The notes under the pieces are model-generated. The model saw only the letters and a list, made by a program, of their open reading frames with translations, did not search any database and had not been told where the DNA came from. From the human T2T-CHM13v2.0 reference genome, Homo sapiens, in assembly GCF_009914755.1 (NCBI RefSeq), contig NC_060932.1: a stretch of 64,000 nucleotides of DNA. One strand, written 5' to 3'. Positions within the stretch are counted from its first letter, which is position 1. The number at the start of each line of letters is the position of its first letter. Below, piece by piece: positions 1 to 18,305 of the stretch. The position numbers and the translations under genes are program-made.

Positions 1-329
1 TGCCACCTCTGGTGCACAGCTTGGTGCTCATAACTTTCAGAAGCAAGCACCACCTATCCATTTTTCTCTTTATCTGCCTCAAAGCTTGTATCCTACAACA
101 TCTAACCTAGCTTTTGCATAGCTTAGAGTAGATGTGAGAAACCTCATCCTCAATATTCTTCTCCTTACTTTTCTTTTTTCAAAAATATCATGTAGCTCTT
201 CATAGTTATAGATAACAAAGTCATGCTCATTGTAGAAAATTCATCAAAGCCTAATATGTAAATTAAAATCATGTAACTTGATGTCGTATAAAATTATCAT
301 AAAGTGTATATTAAGTAATAAATGCTTAA

Positions 330-1370
330 TAATAATCAAGAAAATCATGAAAGAGAAAAACATGAATAAAAGTGATCTAGGATTTGCATTAACAGATGTC
401 AGAATAACTAAAATTCCACTATGATATAATCAATGTGATAGTGCATAAGAATGGACATATAGATTATTGAAACCAAATAGAAAATCCCAAAATAGATCCA
501 AGAAAAAGCAATAATTTAATATATAACAAGAAAATATTTGGATTCAGTGGGAAAAGATAATTTATTTAATAAAGGATGCACGGAAAATAGCTGTGCATTA
601 AGAGAAAACTAAAATTATATCCCTTTATCACACCATACACAAAAATTAATTACAAATGCATTATACACTTAATTTTTTTATTGAAACAATTGAAACCCTT
701 AACAGAAAATCTAGGAGATTGCATATTTAGAATCTAAGGAAGGGGAGAGAATTTTAACAAAGATAAGAAACCTATATAAAATTTATATATTTATATAATC
801 AAATAAATATATAAATAAATATTTGAATACATAAATATGTAATTTTTATGTGCCAAAGTCTTAAATAAAAAATTAATAGGCAAATGATTGGCTTTGGAAA
901 AATAATGTAGATGACAAACTATTATAAATGGTTATATTTGTAAGGACACAGGGATTCTTAAATGATACAGGAAAAATACAAACAACTCTATAAACAAAAA
1001 AATAGAAAAAACAATTCACTGAATAGAAAATTCTAGTGACAAAATTAATAGTAATTATGGAATTTATCTCAAAGTAACCATAAAGTATAACTTTATACCA
1101 CTGAAATTAGCAAACATTTTTAAAAGCATTGTTTTTATTGTTGGCAGCGATATGCAATGGAAATGTAAATTGTTATCATCTTTGTAGAATATGGGAAGAA
1201 ATCTGGCAAGAGCAATTAAAATTAAAAATTCTTAAAACTAAAAATTAAAAACACGAAGTTTCTACTTTTAATAGTATTTCCTATTGAAAAAATCTTCAGC
1301 GCATGTGAATGTATGTACATAGATGATTACTGCAGAATTATTTATAATGGCAAAATAATGGAAATGAGTT
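330..1370 (+). mobile_element. Ancient L1M(E/C)-type LINE-1 fragment, ORF2 3' part
   Basis: Degenerate ORF2-like text (aatggacatatagattattgaaaccaaatagaaaatcccaaaatagatcca; atggaaatgtaaattg); A-rich, no open frame. Confidence 0.6.
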
Positions 1371-2775
<1,405 letters not shown>

Positions 2776-2799
2776 AGGATTGTTGTTGTTGTTGTTGGG

Positions 2800-5750
<2,951 letters not shown>

Positions 5751-6073
5751 CTAGAAAATTTTTCAGCCATTTGATGGACTAAAGATAGTCATAACATACA
5801 CAAACCCAAATTCAGAAGCTTAACTCGTGAGTATTTTTACAATGACATAGAGGTTTGCCTATTACCAGGTGTAAATATTATTGAACTGAATCTCTACTGT
5901 TCTCTACTGTTTAACCAAAACTACAAGCTGAAAAAAAAAAAACCCACAAAAATACAACCCGTTGTCAAGAGAAAAAGCAAACAAAAGAACCATATCCAGA
6001 GATAACCGGAGATTGCAACTGTCAGACAGTGACTTCCAAAAAAACTATAAAAAATATGTAAAGGATAATTCTT

Positions 6074-6372
6074 TTTTTTTTTTTTTTTTTTTTTGAGACA
6101 GAGTCTTGCTCTGTCGCCCAGGCTGGAGGGCAGTGGCATGATCTTGGCTCACTGCAAGCTCCGCCTTCTGGGTTCACGCATTCTCCTGCCTCAGCCACCC
6201 GAGTAGCTGGGACTACAGGTGACCGCCACCACGCCCGGCTAATTTTTTGTATTTTTAGTAGAGACGGGGTTTCACCATGTTAGCCAGGATGGTCTCAATC
6301 TCCTGACCTCTGATCCGCCCGCCTCGGCCTCTCAAAGTGCTGGGATTACGGTGTGAGCCACCGCGCCTGGCC
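6074..6372 (-). mobile_element. AluY
   Basis: Antisense Alu with Y diagnostics (ctgcaagctccgcc, ttagccaggatggtctc); TSD aggataattctt at 6062-6073 and 6374-6385. Confidence 0.95.
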
Positions 6373-7409
6373 TAGGATAATTCTTAATAACATGAAACAT
6401 ACTAAGTAGAGGGTGAATTTCAGATGAGAGAGGAAAATTGTGAGAAAGTGTAAGATGAAAATGCTGTAAATCAAAAAGAAAAAGAATAGTGGTAAAAGAG
6501 ATAATGAATGCCATTGATGAACACAGTCAAGTGAATTATAATTGGATTTGAAAATGGGCCAATATAAATTTTCGAAACTAAAACACAAAAAGAATAATTA
6601 TTTGAGTTTGAGAGCCAGGACAGAGTCTCTAAGAACAGTTAATTAATGACAAAAATTCTAATATCTATGTAATTGGAGACCTCAAAAGTAATGTTGAAGA
6701 AGTAATGTTTTAAAATACAAGAGCCAAGCATTTTTTTTTAAATTAATGATAGTTACTAAAACTCAGGCCCAAGAAGATAGGAAAACTCCAAACACATGAA
6801 TACATTTTTAAAGAAGAAAACAAAACACGTAGAATTATTTTATTAAACTACTGAAACTTAAGTGTTTTTGAAAGCTAAATATTTTTTAAAAGATGTAATA
6901 CATACAGAAGAAGAAAGGCAAGAATTGTAGTATACTTCTCACCAGAAACTGTGAAAACCAGGAAACGTTGAATTGACATTCTTAAAGTATTACTTAAAAA
7001 AATTAACTCTCAATCAATAATTAAATACCCTGTAAAAATATTTTTAAAAGGCTTTTTTACAAACACGTGATGAGAGAATGCATGACCAGAAGACATACGA
7101 CATAAGAAATAATAGTTGAAGTACTTCAACCAGTAGAATATCATATCAGACAGACATGTTGATCTACAAAAAACAGTTTTCCAAAAACGGCAATATCAGA
7201 GATAAATATATAATACTTAAATTGTTTTTAAAATTGTCTTAAATATTATGGATTTAAAAAGGTAATAATAATGCATGTTGGGAGTTACGATATACATAAA
7301 AATAAAATGTGTGATAATATCACATTCAATTTAAGAGGAAAATTGGAAGTATATTGTTGTAATGTTCTTACACATCATGTGAAATATTATATTATTTGAA
7401 GGTAGGATA

Positions 7410-7985
7410 TGTGCAAAGTTAGAGGGTCTCCAAGATCACCTTCAGGTTCAATAATTTGCTAGAACTCACAGAATTTACAAAAACAATTATATTCCAGTTA
7501 CAGTTTATTAGAGTAAAAGAATACTGATTCATAGCAGCTAATGAAAGAGGCATACCAGGGACGGTCCAGGACTCAACAAGCATGAGATACCAGTTGTCTT
7601 TTCCTTATGTAGTTGCGCAGACAGTGCCTATTTCTCCCAGCAGTGATGTGTGGCAATATATACAGTATTGCCAACTGAAGGAGTTCATCCAAACACTCAA
7701 TGTCTAGTGTTTTTATAGGGGGTTGATTTCAGAGATATGGCTGATCAACCATGTAGCTGATCTTAGTTTCCAGTTTCTCCAGAGGTTAAACTGATAACTG
7801 TCTGGCCCAAGGCCCCCACCATAGATCACATGGTTAGAACAGGCTATCTAGAATGAACCAAGGACCTCATGTAAATAAAGACATTCTTATTAAGCAGAAC
7901 GTTCCAAGGATTTAGAGGTAACCTTCCAGAAGCCAGGGGGAAAGGGCAAAACCTTTATTTGGGCAAGATTAATCTTTTCTGCACA
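7410..7985 (-). mobile_element. Solo LTR, MER68/MER77-like (ERVL group)
   Basis: TG...CA termini; motifs ccaagatcaccttcaggttcaataatttgctag and tttgggcaagattaatcttttctgcaca. Confidence 0.7.
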
Positions 7986-8317
7986 ATGTAATAAATTGAA
8001 GAAGTATAATGCAAATGCTAGAATAACACTAAAAACATTTTTGAAGGACTATTAATAAGGTAAGGGTAGAAAGTCAAATTATAAAATACATACAAGCCAA
8101 AATCAGACAAAAAAATTAAAATGGAAGAATGAACACATGGAACAAATAGAGAACAACTAGCAAGATGGTAGATTTAAATCCAACCTCATCAATGATTGTT
8201 TTAAGCATAAATGGTCTAAATTCCACAACAAAAAGAAAGAGATTATCATGTTAGTTAAGAAAAGAAGACCTAACTATATACTGTTCACAAGAAATCTGCT
8301 TTAAATAGAAAAACATG

Positions 8318-8749
8318 TGTGTTAGTCTGCTTTCTGTTGCTTATAACAGAATACCTGAACCTGGATAATTTATACAGAAAAACAATTTATTTCTCACAGT
8401 TGTGGAGGCTGAGCAGCTCAAGGTCAAGGGGCCACATCTGGTGAGAGCCTTCTTGCTGATGAGGACTCTCTGCAGAGTCCTGAGGCAGCACATGGCATTA
8501 CATGGTGAGGGGCTAAGTGTGTTAGGACATTAGCTCAGGTCATTCTTCCTCTTATAAAGTAACTAGTTCCCTTCCCATAATAGCTCTTTAAACCATTAAT
8601 CCATTAAGCCATAAATGTATTCATCCATTCATGAAGGCAGAGCCCTCATGATTCAATCACCTCCTAAAGGCCCCACGTCTCAATACTGCCACACTGGGAA
8701 TTAAATTTCAATATGAGTTTTAGAGGGAACAAATACTCAAGCCATAGAA
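8318..8749 (-). mobile_element. MST-family MaLR solo LTR
   Basis: tgtgttagtc...aatttatttctcacagtt...ggcagagccctcatgattcaatcacctcctaaaggcccc; 5-bp TSD acatg at 8313-8317 and 8750-8754. Confidence 0.88.
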
Positions 8750-9470
8750 ACATGGATAGGTTAAAATTTAATGGATGGCTATGTATACATATATACTAGG
8801 CAAACACTACTCGAAAGCTAGAGAGTCTATATGAAATGCAGTCAAAGTAGACTTTAGAACAAGGAACATTTACTGGGATAAGTGGGTTAATTCACTAGGA
8901 ATATCTAAGAATATTCTTAATATTATAATGGTCAAGTGTCAGTTGATAAATCGGGTCAATTCACCATGAATACCTAATAATTCTAAGTGTGTATTCATCA
9001 ATATCAAGCTTTTCTAAATAGACGCAGCAAAGATAAATAGAACTGAAAGGATAAATAGAAAAATCCACAGATATATTTGGAAATTTTGGCATTCCTCTCT
9101 GGAGTCAATAGAACAAAAAAAAATCAGTTTAGTAAACAGAAGAGTTGAACAACATAATTAACAAGCTTGACCTAATGTACATGAATGAAAAACTCCACCA
9201 AACAATACAATTTATATTGCTTTCAAGCACCAATTGAATATTCATCAGAGACGTCATAATTAATAGTGGAAAACTAAATATTGTTATCTCTAAGATTGTG
9301 AAAAGATAAGGATATTCACATATACCAATCCTATTCAACATCAGTGGATGGCCTAACCAGTGAAATGAGAAAAAATAAATAAAAATTATGCAGTTCAAAA
9401 AAAAAGAGAAATAAAACTGCTTCTATTCACAGAAGGCATAAATCTTTATATAGAAAATAGTTAAATACAC

Positions 9471-9678
9471 TTTCTTTTCTTTGAGACAGGGTCTTGCCCT
9501 GTTGCCTGAGCTGGAGTACAGTGGTACAATCATGGCTCATTGCTGCCTCAAACTCCTGGGCTCAAGCAATTCTCTGTCTCAGACCCCTGAGCAGCTGAGA
9601 CTACAGGCATGCACCACCACATCTGGCTAATTGTTTTAATTTTTTGTAAAGATGGGTTCTCACTATTTTGCCCAGGCT
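9471..9678 (-). mobile_element. Truncated AluJ
   Basis: tttgagacagggtcttgc...aactcctgggctcaagcaat; breaks off within left monomer. Confidence 0.88.
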
Positions 9679-10559
9679 AAAAAACTATTTAAAAAAAAAA
9701 AAAAAAACTTCTACAACTAGTAAATGAGTTTAGCAGGGCTTCTGGACATAAGGTCACCACACAAAAATTATTTTTATTTTTATAAACTAATAATAAATGA
9801 CAAAAAATAAATATTAATAAGAATTCTATCATAACACCAAAAGCACTAAATCTAAATCTTACAAAACATGGGCATAATTTGTATTCTGAAAGCTACATAA
9901 CTTTAATAAGACAAATCCCTAGGATGGCCAGTCAAAAGATGTAATTGGCTATGAGGGGGAAAAATGGTATCCAGCATGAGACTTCACTGAAGAAATATTG
10001 AAAGCTAGAATATGGTAAAACAAGGTAAAACATACAGAAACATTGGTAGAAAAAGAAGTGTTTCATTCTCTCTATCATGCCAGATGAATTGGGAAAAAAA
10101 TAAAATGAAGAAGATATAAAGCCCAAAATAACATAAATAATAAGTTGGATATAGTGGATACTAATTGAATTCTGTCATGAAAACAGAGAATATTCATAAA
10201 ACCTTCACAAAATTGACCATATATTAGGCTATAAAGAAAACTGTGATACAAGATTGAGAATAGAGGAAAAACTATCTATATTATCTGAGTACATTGCAAT
10301 AAAATTAGGTATTCCTAAGAGAGCCAGAAAACAGGAAACCCTATCAGTTCTTCCTTTAAAAATTTTTGTGTTAAAGAGGAAAATAAAGAGGACATTTTAG
10401 AACATCCAAAAATAACATTACACATTAGATCATATAGGATATGACTCAAATAGTTCTTTAAAAAAATCATGGTCTTAAATTTAAAATCACAAATATTAGT
10501 TGTCAAAATTGGGAGGGAAAAATTGGTAGAATTAATAAATCAACCCAGGAGTCATTTTG

Positions 10560-11580
10560 GGGATTGGGAGACAGATAAAACAATCTCAAAGACATTGTGT
10601 ATAAAAAGCCAATTTCTGGAGGTTATGTATTATATGATTTCATTTATATAGCATTACACAAAATGTGGTATATACATTCAACAGAATATTATTTAGATAT
10701 AAAAAGGAATAATGTTCTGATAAATGCTACAACATGGAGGAACCTTGAAAACATTATGCTAAGTGAAATAAACCAGCAAAAAAAAGGATACATATTGTAT
10801 GTTTCCACTTCTATGAGGACCCGGAATCGGAAAATTCACAGAGACAGAGAAAGATCAGAGATTGCTATGGGCTGGGGGAACAAAAAAATGGGGGAGTCAC
10901 TGCCTAATGAGTAGTTTCTGTTTGGGTGATAAAAAAGTTTTGGAAATTAATAGTGATGGTGGAGGCACAACATTGTGAATATAATTCATGCCACTGAATT
11001 GTACACTTAAAAACAGTTAAAACAACAAAGTTTATGAGATCTATGTTACAATGATCTTGTAGTATCAAAAACCATTGAATTGTACACCTTAAATAGATGA
11101 ACCGTGTGGTAGGTAAATTACATCTTAATAAAGCTGTCAAAAAATCAAAATGCTAAAATTTTATAGATGGGAACAGTTTAATGATATCCAAGGGATACTA
11201 ATGGGGAGGGTGACTATAAAAAAAAGTAGAACAAGAGAGTCCTGTGCTAGAACAATTCTGTGTCTTGACTGTGATAATGACTTATGGAATAAAATTGTCC
11301 TGAGCAACACACACACACACACACACACACTAGTGCATATAAAACTATGAAAATCTGAATAATCTTTAGCTCAGCTACTATATTGAAATAATGTCAGTTT
11401 TCTGGTTTTCATACTTTACTACAGTTATTTTTTGTAATGTTACCATTGGAGAAAGCTGGGTGAAAAATACACAGGACTGTACTATTTTTGCTATTTCCTG
11501 TGAGTCTGTAATTATTGGAGAAGGTTTTAGAAATGATAAGGTATTCTTTACTGAAAGCAGCAAAAAATAAAGAAATTAAA
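10560..11580 (+). mobile_element. L1MB and L1MC/MD-type 3' end fragments
   Basis: aaaatgtggtatatacattcaacagaatatt...aaccttgaaaacattatgctaagtgaaat; later aatgttaccattggagaaagctgggtga. Confidence 0.7.
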
Positions 11581-12484
11581 ATATACAAAATAAGCAGTGA
11601 TATAACAGAAATATAAACATAGATTCAGAAAAATCTCAAATTTGAGAGTGGTTTTTCTCAACCTTAAGGAAGTGATTCTTTTGGAAGAGATTGGTCATTG
11701 GATCTGGGGTATAACTGACTCACCTTTCAAATCTGCATTTTCTCTCCACCAGAAGCTGGTAGCTTCTTGTACAACACCATCACTTCTCATCTGCACTTTG
11801 CAATAGCCTTCCAATTCATCTCTCTGATTCCATCTTATGCTTCCCAATCATTCTTCACACAATAGCCAGAGTAACTTTTTTAAAATGTCAATCCTATCAG
11901 GTCGCTGAAAGGGTTCCTTTCCTATATTGAAATATAAAAAGTAATTCTCTTTGGTTTTTTTCTATTATTCTGTAATTTTTTCAAGTAATTTCCTTTTTAA
12001 ATTTCATTTTGATGTAAGTTATGGGAGTCTATTTTTCTCCCAAACAGTTCACTATTTATACTAAATTTAGTTATGAAATAAGACTTTCTCAAAGTATTTA
12101 TCTGTGATGCTAGTTCTATTATACAATAAATCCAACATACCATTATCTATTTCTGAATTATTTACTGTGTTAAATTGGCCTCTCTGTTAATTTGTGGTTC
12201 ATTGTTACATTATTTTATTGTTGTTTTACTTTTATTATAATTTATTGCAGTACTTGGTAATATAAATCCTCCTTTAAATACTTTAATATCTAAAATTTTT
12301 AATATTCATTTTTGAATATCGAACACAAATTTTTGCAGGACTCTCACCCATTTTATCTTTACAGAAGAATTATTTATTCATGCTTGCACATTCCAAAACA
12401 AGACCTTTTGGGATTTTCAACGTATTTGCATTTAAACATATAAAATAAGTTGCCATGATTAAAATATTCAATCATCTTATTGTG

Positions 12485-15335
12485 GAATTAAATGAGGCTA
12501 CTGGATTAACTTCCAATCATTTCAATATCTACCCTGCTGATACTTCCAGTACAGTGGGTCTCAGTTTCTTGATGTTTTCTCCTCCAATGACCTTATCTTC
12601 CTCCCCACCTCAGTCATTTACTCTCATAGGCATAATCCCAGGTCTCCTGTACCAATAATTACATTTCTTCTATATCCTCAATTTCCAGCACTGCCTCCTA
12701 ACTTTTCAGTTCACTAACTTTAGTACTCCAACTCCAGTGGTCCTTAGATCTTTAATTCTGTCATCTTTTCTCTTTCCTCCTACCATCTTTCATCGTCACT
12801 GTTTTCCTTACACAGCTTGGATAGTATGTTCCCGTTATATTAATGATTATTCTCCTGTATAGATAAACTCAACTCAGTTGCTCCTCTGTATATTCTTTTT
12901 ATTCACCTGAAAAACCTTAGCCCTAATAATTTCAATTCTCTTCCTCCTTATACCAGCACCCACGAAGCAGAATATGTTTGTAAGAAAATCATTATCTTCA
13001 CTTTAAATTGATGGCCACCATCTTCCAAGGGCCCATAATACCACATGGGAATCCTATTACATTTCCCCAGCCTATTCAATCTCCAAATCATCTAGTAACT
13101 ATTTCATACACTGTTACAGTCTGCAATACATCTTCCCCATTCTCACTTTCAACTGATAATTTTGCTTTCTTTTTCAGTAAGAAAATAGAAACAATTAAAA
13201 AACAACTTTTGCATGCTCCTATCAGTATAGCTTCCAACCCACCTGCATTTTTGCCCATAAGATCTGCCTTCCATTCTGTTGCTAGAGTTAAATGGTTTAT
13301 GTGACATTCTAAGACCAGCTTTTCTAACTATAAACTGAATTTCTTTCCTTTTGCCTACCCAAGGACATTTGGCCTGGAAATTGTTCCCTCTTTCTCCGGC
13401 ATCATGAAATTTTTCACCTCAAGGTTCATTCCAATCATCATGTAAACTTTTCTCCCATATTAAAAAAAAATTCGGTTGACATCTGTGTTCGTTCATTTTC
13501 ATGTTGCTGTAAGGACATACTTGTGACTGGGTAATTTATAAAGAAAAAAGCTTTAATTGGCTCTCAGTTCCACAGGACTGGGGAGGCCTCAAGAAACTTA
13601 GAATCATGGCAGAAGGGGAAGCAAACATGGCCTTCTTCACATGGTGGCAGCAAGGAGAAGTGCTGAGCAAAAGGGGAAAAGCCCCTTATAAAACCACCAG
13701 GTCTCCTGGACACTCACTCACTATCACAAGAACAGCATGGAGGTAACTGCCCTCATGATTCAGTTACCTTCCATCAGGTACTTTCAATGACATGTGGGGA
13801 TTATGGGAACTACAATTCAAGATGAGATTTGGGTGGGGAGACAGCCAAACCATATAAGCCTCAGATCCTCTTTCTCCAGACACTTCATTCGTCTGGTCTT
13901 CTGTATGAAAAATTTCTTAAAAGAGCTGTCCGTATGCATGATTGTCAATTTTCCTCTCATCTGTATTATTTGGAACTACTCAAATTATGCTTTAACCCCC
14001 GTACTCCACCAACACAAAATCTTATCAAGGTTACCAATGATCTCCATATTGTTAAATTTAATAATCAATTTTAATCTTACACAATCTATCACTGGCATGT
14101 GAATCAAGGATTACATCCTCCACTTTGATTCAATTTTTCAAGTTGGCTTCCTGGACAACACAGTTTTCTTTCCTTTGCTGTTTTCTCCTCATTTTTCTTC
14201 CAACTTCCTAATGTAGGGCTCTCTCAAGCTTCCATCCTTCATATCTGTATTTCTGTCTCCAAATCTTGGTAATCTGTTTCAGTTCTAAAGCTTTTTATAA
14301 GATTGTATCATATGAAACTGCTATTACTTTCAGTCCAAAATCATCAAGTATTGTTGATTGTATGTTATCTGATCTATGTCCTGTCTACATGGTGCCAACT
14401 CGCAGCTCAGAAGCATCCTCTAAATCACAACGTATATGGTCAAACGGTAGATAACTCAACCTCAGCCATCTATGACTGAACTGCTCATTTCCACCAAACC
14501 ACTCATTCTGCAGCTTAGCCCAAGTAAATTCCTGGCAATTCCATCTTTCCACTGCCCAAACCAAAAACCTATGAGTTATATCTGACTGGTCTCTTTCTCT
14601 TGCTCCTCATATCCAGGCTGCCAAAAGAGCCTATTGGTTCTAACTTCAAACTACGCCCAGAATCTGATCAACTTCTCACCTACTCCACAGCCGTCACCCT
14701 GGGGTAGGTCTCCAGCATCTCTGTCTTGTGTAGATCCCTCCTATATCTCCCTGCTTCCACCTTACCATCTACAGTTTATTCTCAACACATCGGCCAGGGT
14801 CATCTCTTCAGTAGATAAATTCGATTATTTCACTACCTTTCTCCAACCCACTGATGGCTCCTTTTCTCACTCAGAATCAAAACCTAATTCAATGCATTGG
14901 CCTCGAGGATGTTCCTAATCTAGCTTCCTGTGACTTCATCTCACACTATTCCCCCTCCCTCATGAAGCTTCAGGCTCGCTCTCCCTTCTTCCTGGAGTAT
15001 TCTTCCTCTGGTTAACCAAGTGGAAAACTCCAGCACCTACTTTAAATCCCTTCTCAAATGTCACCTTATCAGTGAGACCTATGTAAGCAACCAATCCTCC
15101 CCTCCAAGTCCACCAAGGCACTGCCAATCTCTGCAATCCTGCTGAATTTTTTCATTATTTAACCCTGCTAATTACCTTCTGGCACGCTATACATCTTTCT
15201 TATATTTATGGTTCATTTCTTATTTACCTCTGCAAAAAGGAAAGCTCCAAGATTTTCTGCTTTATTGATTCTATTCTGAATACCTAGAATAGTATCTGGC
15301 ATGTAGTAGGTAATATTAATGCAATATTTTTATAA
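12485..15335 (+). mobile_element. L2 (L2a-like) LINE remnant interrupted by a THE1 LTR
   Basis: Pyrimidine-rich L2 ORF2-like text and L2a-like 3' end (tacctagaatagtatctggcatgtagtagg). Confidence 0.7.
13484..13857 (-). mobile_element. THE1C/D MaLR solo LTR
   Basis: gactgggtaatttataaag...aagccccttataaaacc...gagatttgggtggggagacagccaaaccatataa. Confidence 0.9.
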
Positions 15336-16408
15336 ATGCAAATATATTTATATTTATTCTTTCATTTAAAATATTACCCAAATATTAGAAAAATCCATGC
15401 AGTCTTGCTTTCTGTATTGCTTGAACAGAACTACCTTTTATAGAAAATTGTTGCAGTTTTGTTTCTCCAATTGATAGCAGTCAGGATATACATATCTTAA
15501 ACTATGGACAACCCTAACATATCCATCACTTTTCATTCACTCTTCCTTGTTTTTTGCTTTAAACTTCACAATGGTAGTCCAAAATCTGAGCCACGAAGTG
15601 TGTTGACATCCAAATTTAAACTGAAATATCACCCTATTAACAGGCTTTAAAACCTCTATGGCAATTCACAATATAAAGTTTCTTTAATAAATGCAGGTTC
15701 CCTAAACTCAGTTTTGACAGAGACAAAATTTCTTTAACTGATTTTTCCCCCTCTCCTTAAACTTTTTAGCTGACACACTAAGTTGATGAAAGTCATGTGA
15801 TGCACTGGAATATGAATCTGCCATCCATCTTGCTACATCCCAATTCAATGTGCCAGCTGAATTCATTTTCAAAAGCCCTGCAGCTCCACAGAAATGCAGC
15901 TTTTTAAAGTCACATAAAAATAATAAAAGATTGCAGGTTGGATGTTAACTTTCTAAAACACCGCAAGCAATAAAAGGCGCTCCTCAACAGGAAGTGCTCC
16001 CTACCCATCCCTCAAAATAGCACACATCACTCTACAATGATATTCAGAATATGGTGTCCTTATCCTGGGCCTCTTCCAGGTTCTGTTTCTATGGTAACCA
16101 AAAAATATTTATTGTAAAGTGATCTCAGATAGTCAGCAATGACACACACAGATCTCAAGGCTGGCATAGAATGTACCATTCAAGTATGACCAGTAACTCT
16201 TTTTCTCTTCTATTTTGAGTACCAACATTCTCTCTAGACCCCCAAAATCAGAAATATGTAACTGACAGATATATTTTTGTATGTGTAATAGAAATAAATT
16301 GTAAACTCCAATATTGCATATTAAGTGTGTATCTACTGGCTCTAGATTTTGATATCAAAGGTCAGCATCTCTTTGCAGAAAAAAACAGTGTTTATAATTT
16401 TTTTTTGA

Positions 16409-16861
16409 TGTGACGGAAACTATTTTGTGACCATTTGGCTATGCTGTGGTACTCGGATATTTTATCAAGCGCTGCTGTTGATGTTGCAGTGAAGGTATTT
16501 TTTAGATGAGATTAACACTTAAATCAGTAGATGTGGAGTAAACAGATTACCCTCTAAATTGTGAGTGAGCCTTATCCAATTAGTTGAAGAACTTAAAAGA
16601 AAAAAAAATGCTGCTCTCCAGAAATAGAGAATTCTGCCCACAGTCCGCCTTTGGACTTGAACTGCAATGTGAACTCTTCTCTGGGTCTCTAGCCTGCTGG
16701 ACTACCCTGTCAATTTTGGATTTACCAGACTTGCCAGTGTCTATCATGGCATGAGCCAATCCTGAACCCAATCAATCTCTCTTTCTCTCTCTCTCTCTAT
16801 CCCTCTCTTGGACATATATATCCTGTTGGTACTGTTTCTTTGGAGAACTCTGACTAATGCA
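16409..16861 (+). mobile_element. MLT2 (MLT2C/D-like) ERVL solo LTR
   Basis: gtgaaggtattttttagatgagattaacac...(CT)n...tcctgttggtactgtttctttggagaactctgactaatgca. Confidence 0.85.
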
Positions 16862-17479
16862 TGTGATATCATTAATAAAAAAATTCAAATTATTGTGAAG
16901 AAAAATTAAATTGTACTGTTATTTTTTATTTCCTTCTTTTCTCAAAAGCAAGTAAATTTGGTACCAATGAACTAGAAAGCTTATTTATTTGGTTATTTTT
17001 AATAATTAGTACTTCTAGGAAAGAAAATATTTCTTAATTTTGAACTTATAAAAGAACAGGATATGACACATTTCATGTTATTATATTTCATAGATTTAAA
17101 AGGTTCCTTTTGCTAGTATAGATGATTAAGTATCCTTTTCAGAATGGCTATAGAGAGGACCACCCTTGGTTGACATTAGAAAATTGTTTTTTTAATCAAA
17201 ATGTTTGAAATGTTAGGCTTAAGGTTTATTCTCAAAGAGTTTTTTTTAATAAGAGAAGTAGCAAAAACAGTCTTATTTCAGAGTATGTTTAATCTGTTTG
17301 ATCCTTAGGGATGAGGGAGAAGTGAATTATTTAGTTGGTTTGGATGCATTTTATTTCTTACCATGGGGGAATAAAATTTGGCCATCTCCTGCTTTGGTTT
17401 CATTAAAACTATAATAAAAATTATGCATAAAATGCTTCCAAATTTCTTTTTAAGCCATAGTTTAACATAAATCTACAAA

Positions 17480-17710
17480 CCATCACTGTAGCATGGTGGT
17501 TGTGAGCGTATCTGAGTTTGTATTCTAATTCTTTCATGTACTAGCCTTGGAATGTGGGGTGGGTTTTAATCTTTGGGCCTCTGTTTCCTGTCCATAAACA
17601 GTGAAAATAATTGTATTTTCCACATGTTATTGTGCTGTTTAAATGAGTTTAATGTGTATAAAATTCTTAGAATGTAAGAAACAATCCATTTGATGTACCA
17701 GTACTATTAG
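17480..17710 (+). mobile_element. MIR SINE remnant
   Basis: tgggcctctgtttcctgtccataaacagtgaaaataat core-like sequence. Confidence 0.55.
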
Positions 17711-17964
17711 AGAGATTTTCATTTGTATTTCTGGTTGTATATACAATGAAACTAGTTTAGATTAAGAGACACAACTGAGTTTATTGTAACAAATAGAAAG
17801 TGGCTACCACTTATCTGATTTCAAAAGTTTTGTTATTACATTAATTTGAGCATTTTGACTAATTGAAATATGATCTCTGTGGATCCACCCAGTAGACCTC
17901 AGATTTTTTATTATGATGGGAAGTAATCAGTTCTGCTAGATTGTCCATCTGAGAAATTTTCTGA

Positions 17965-18305
<341 letters not shown>

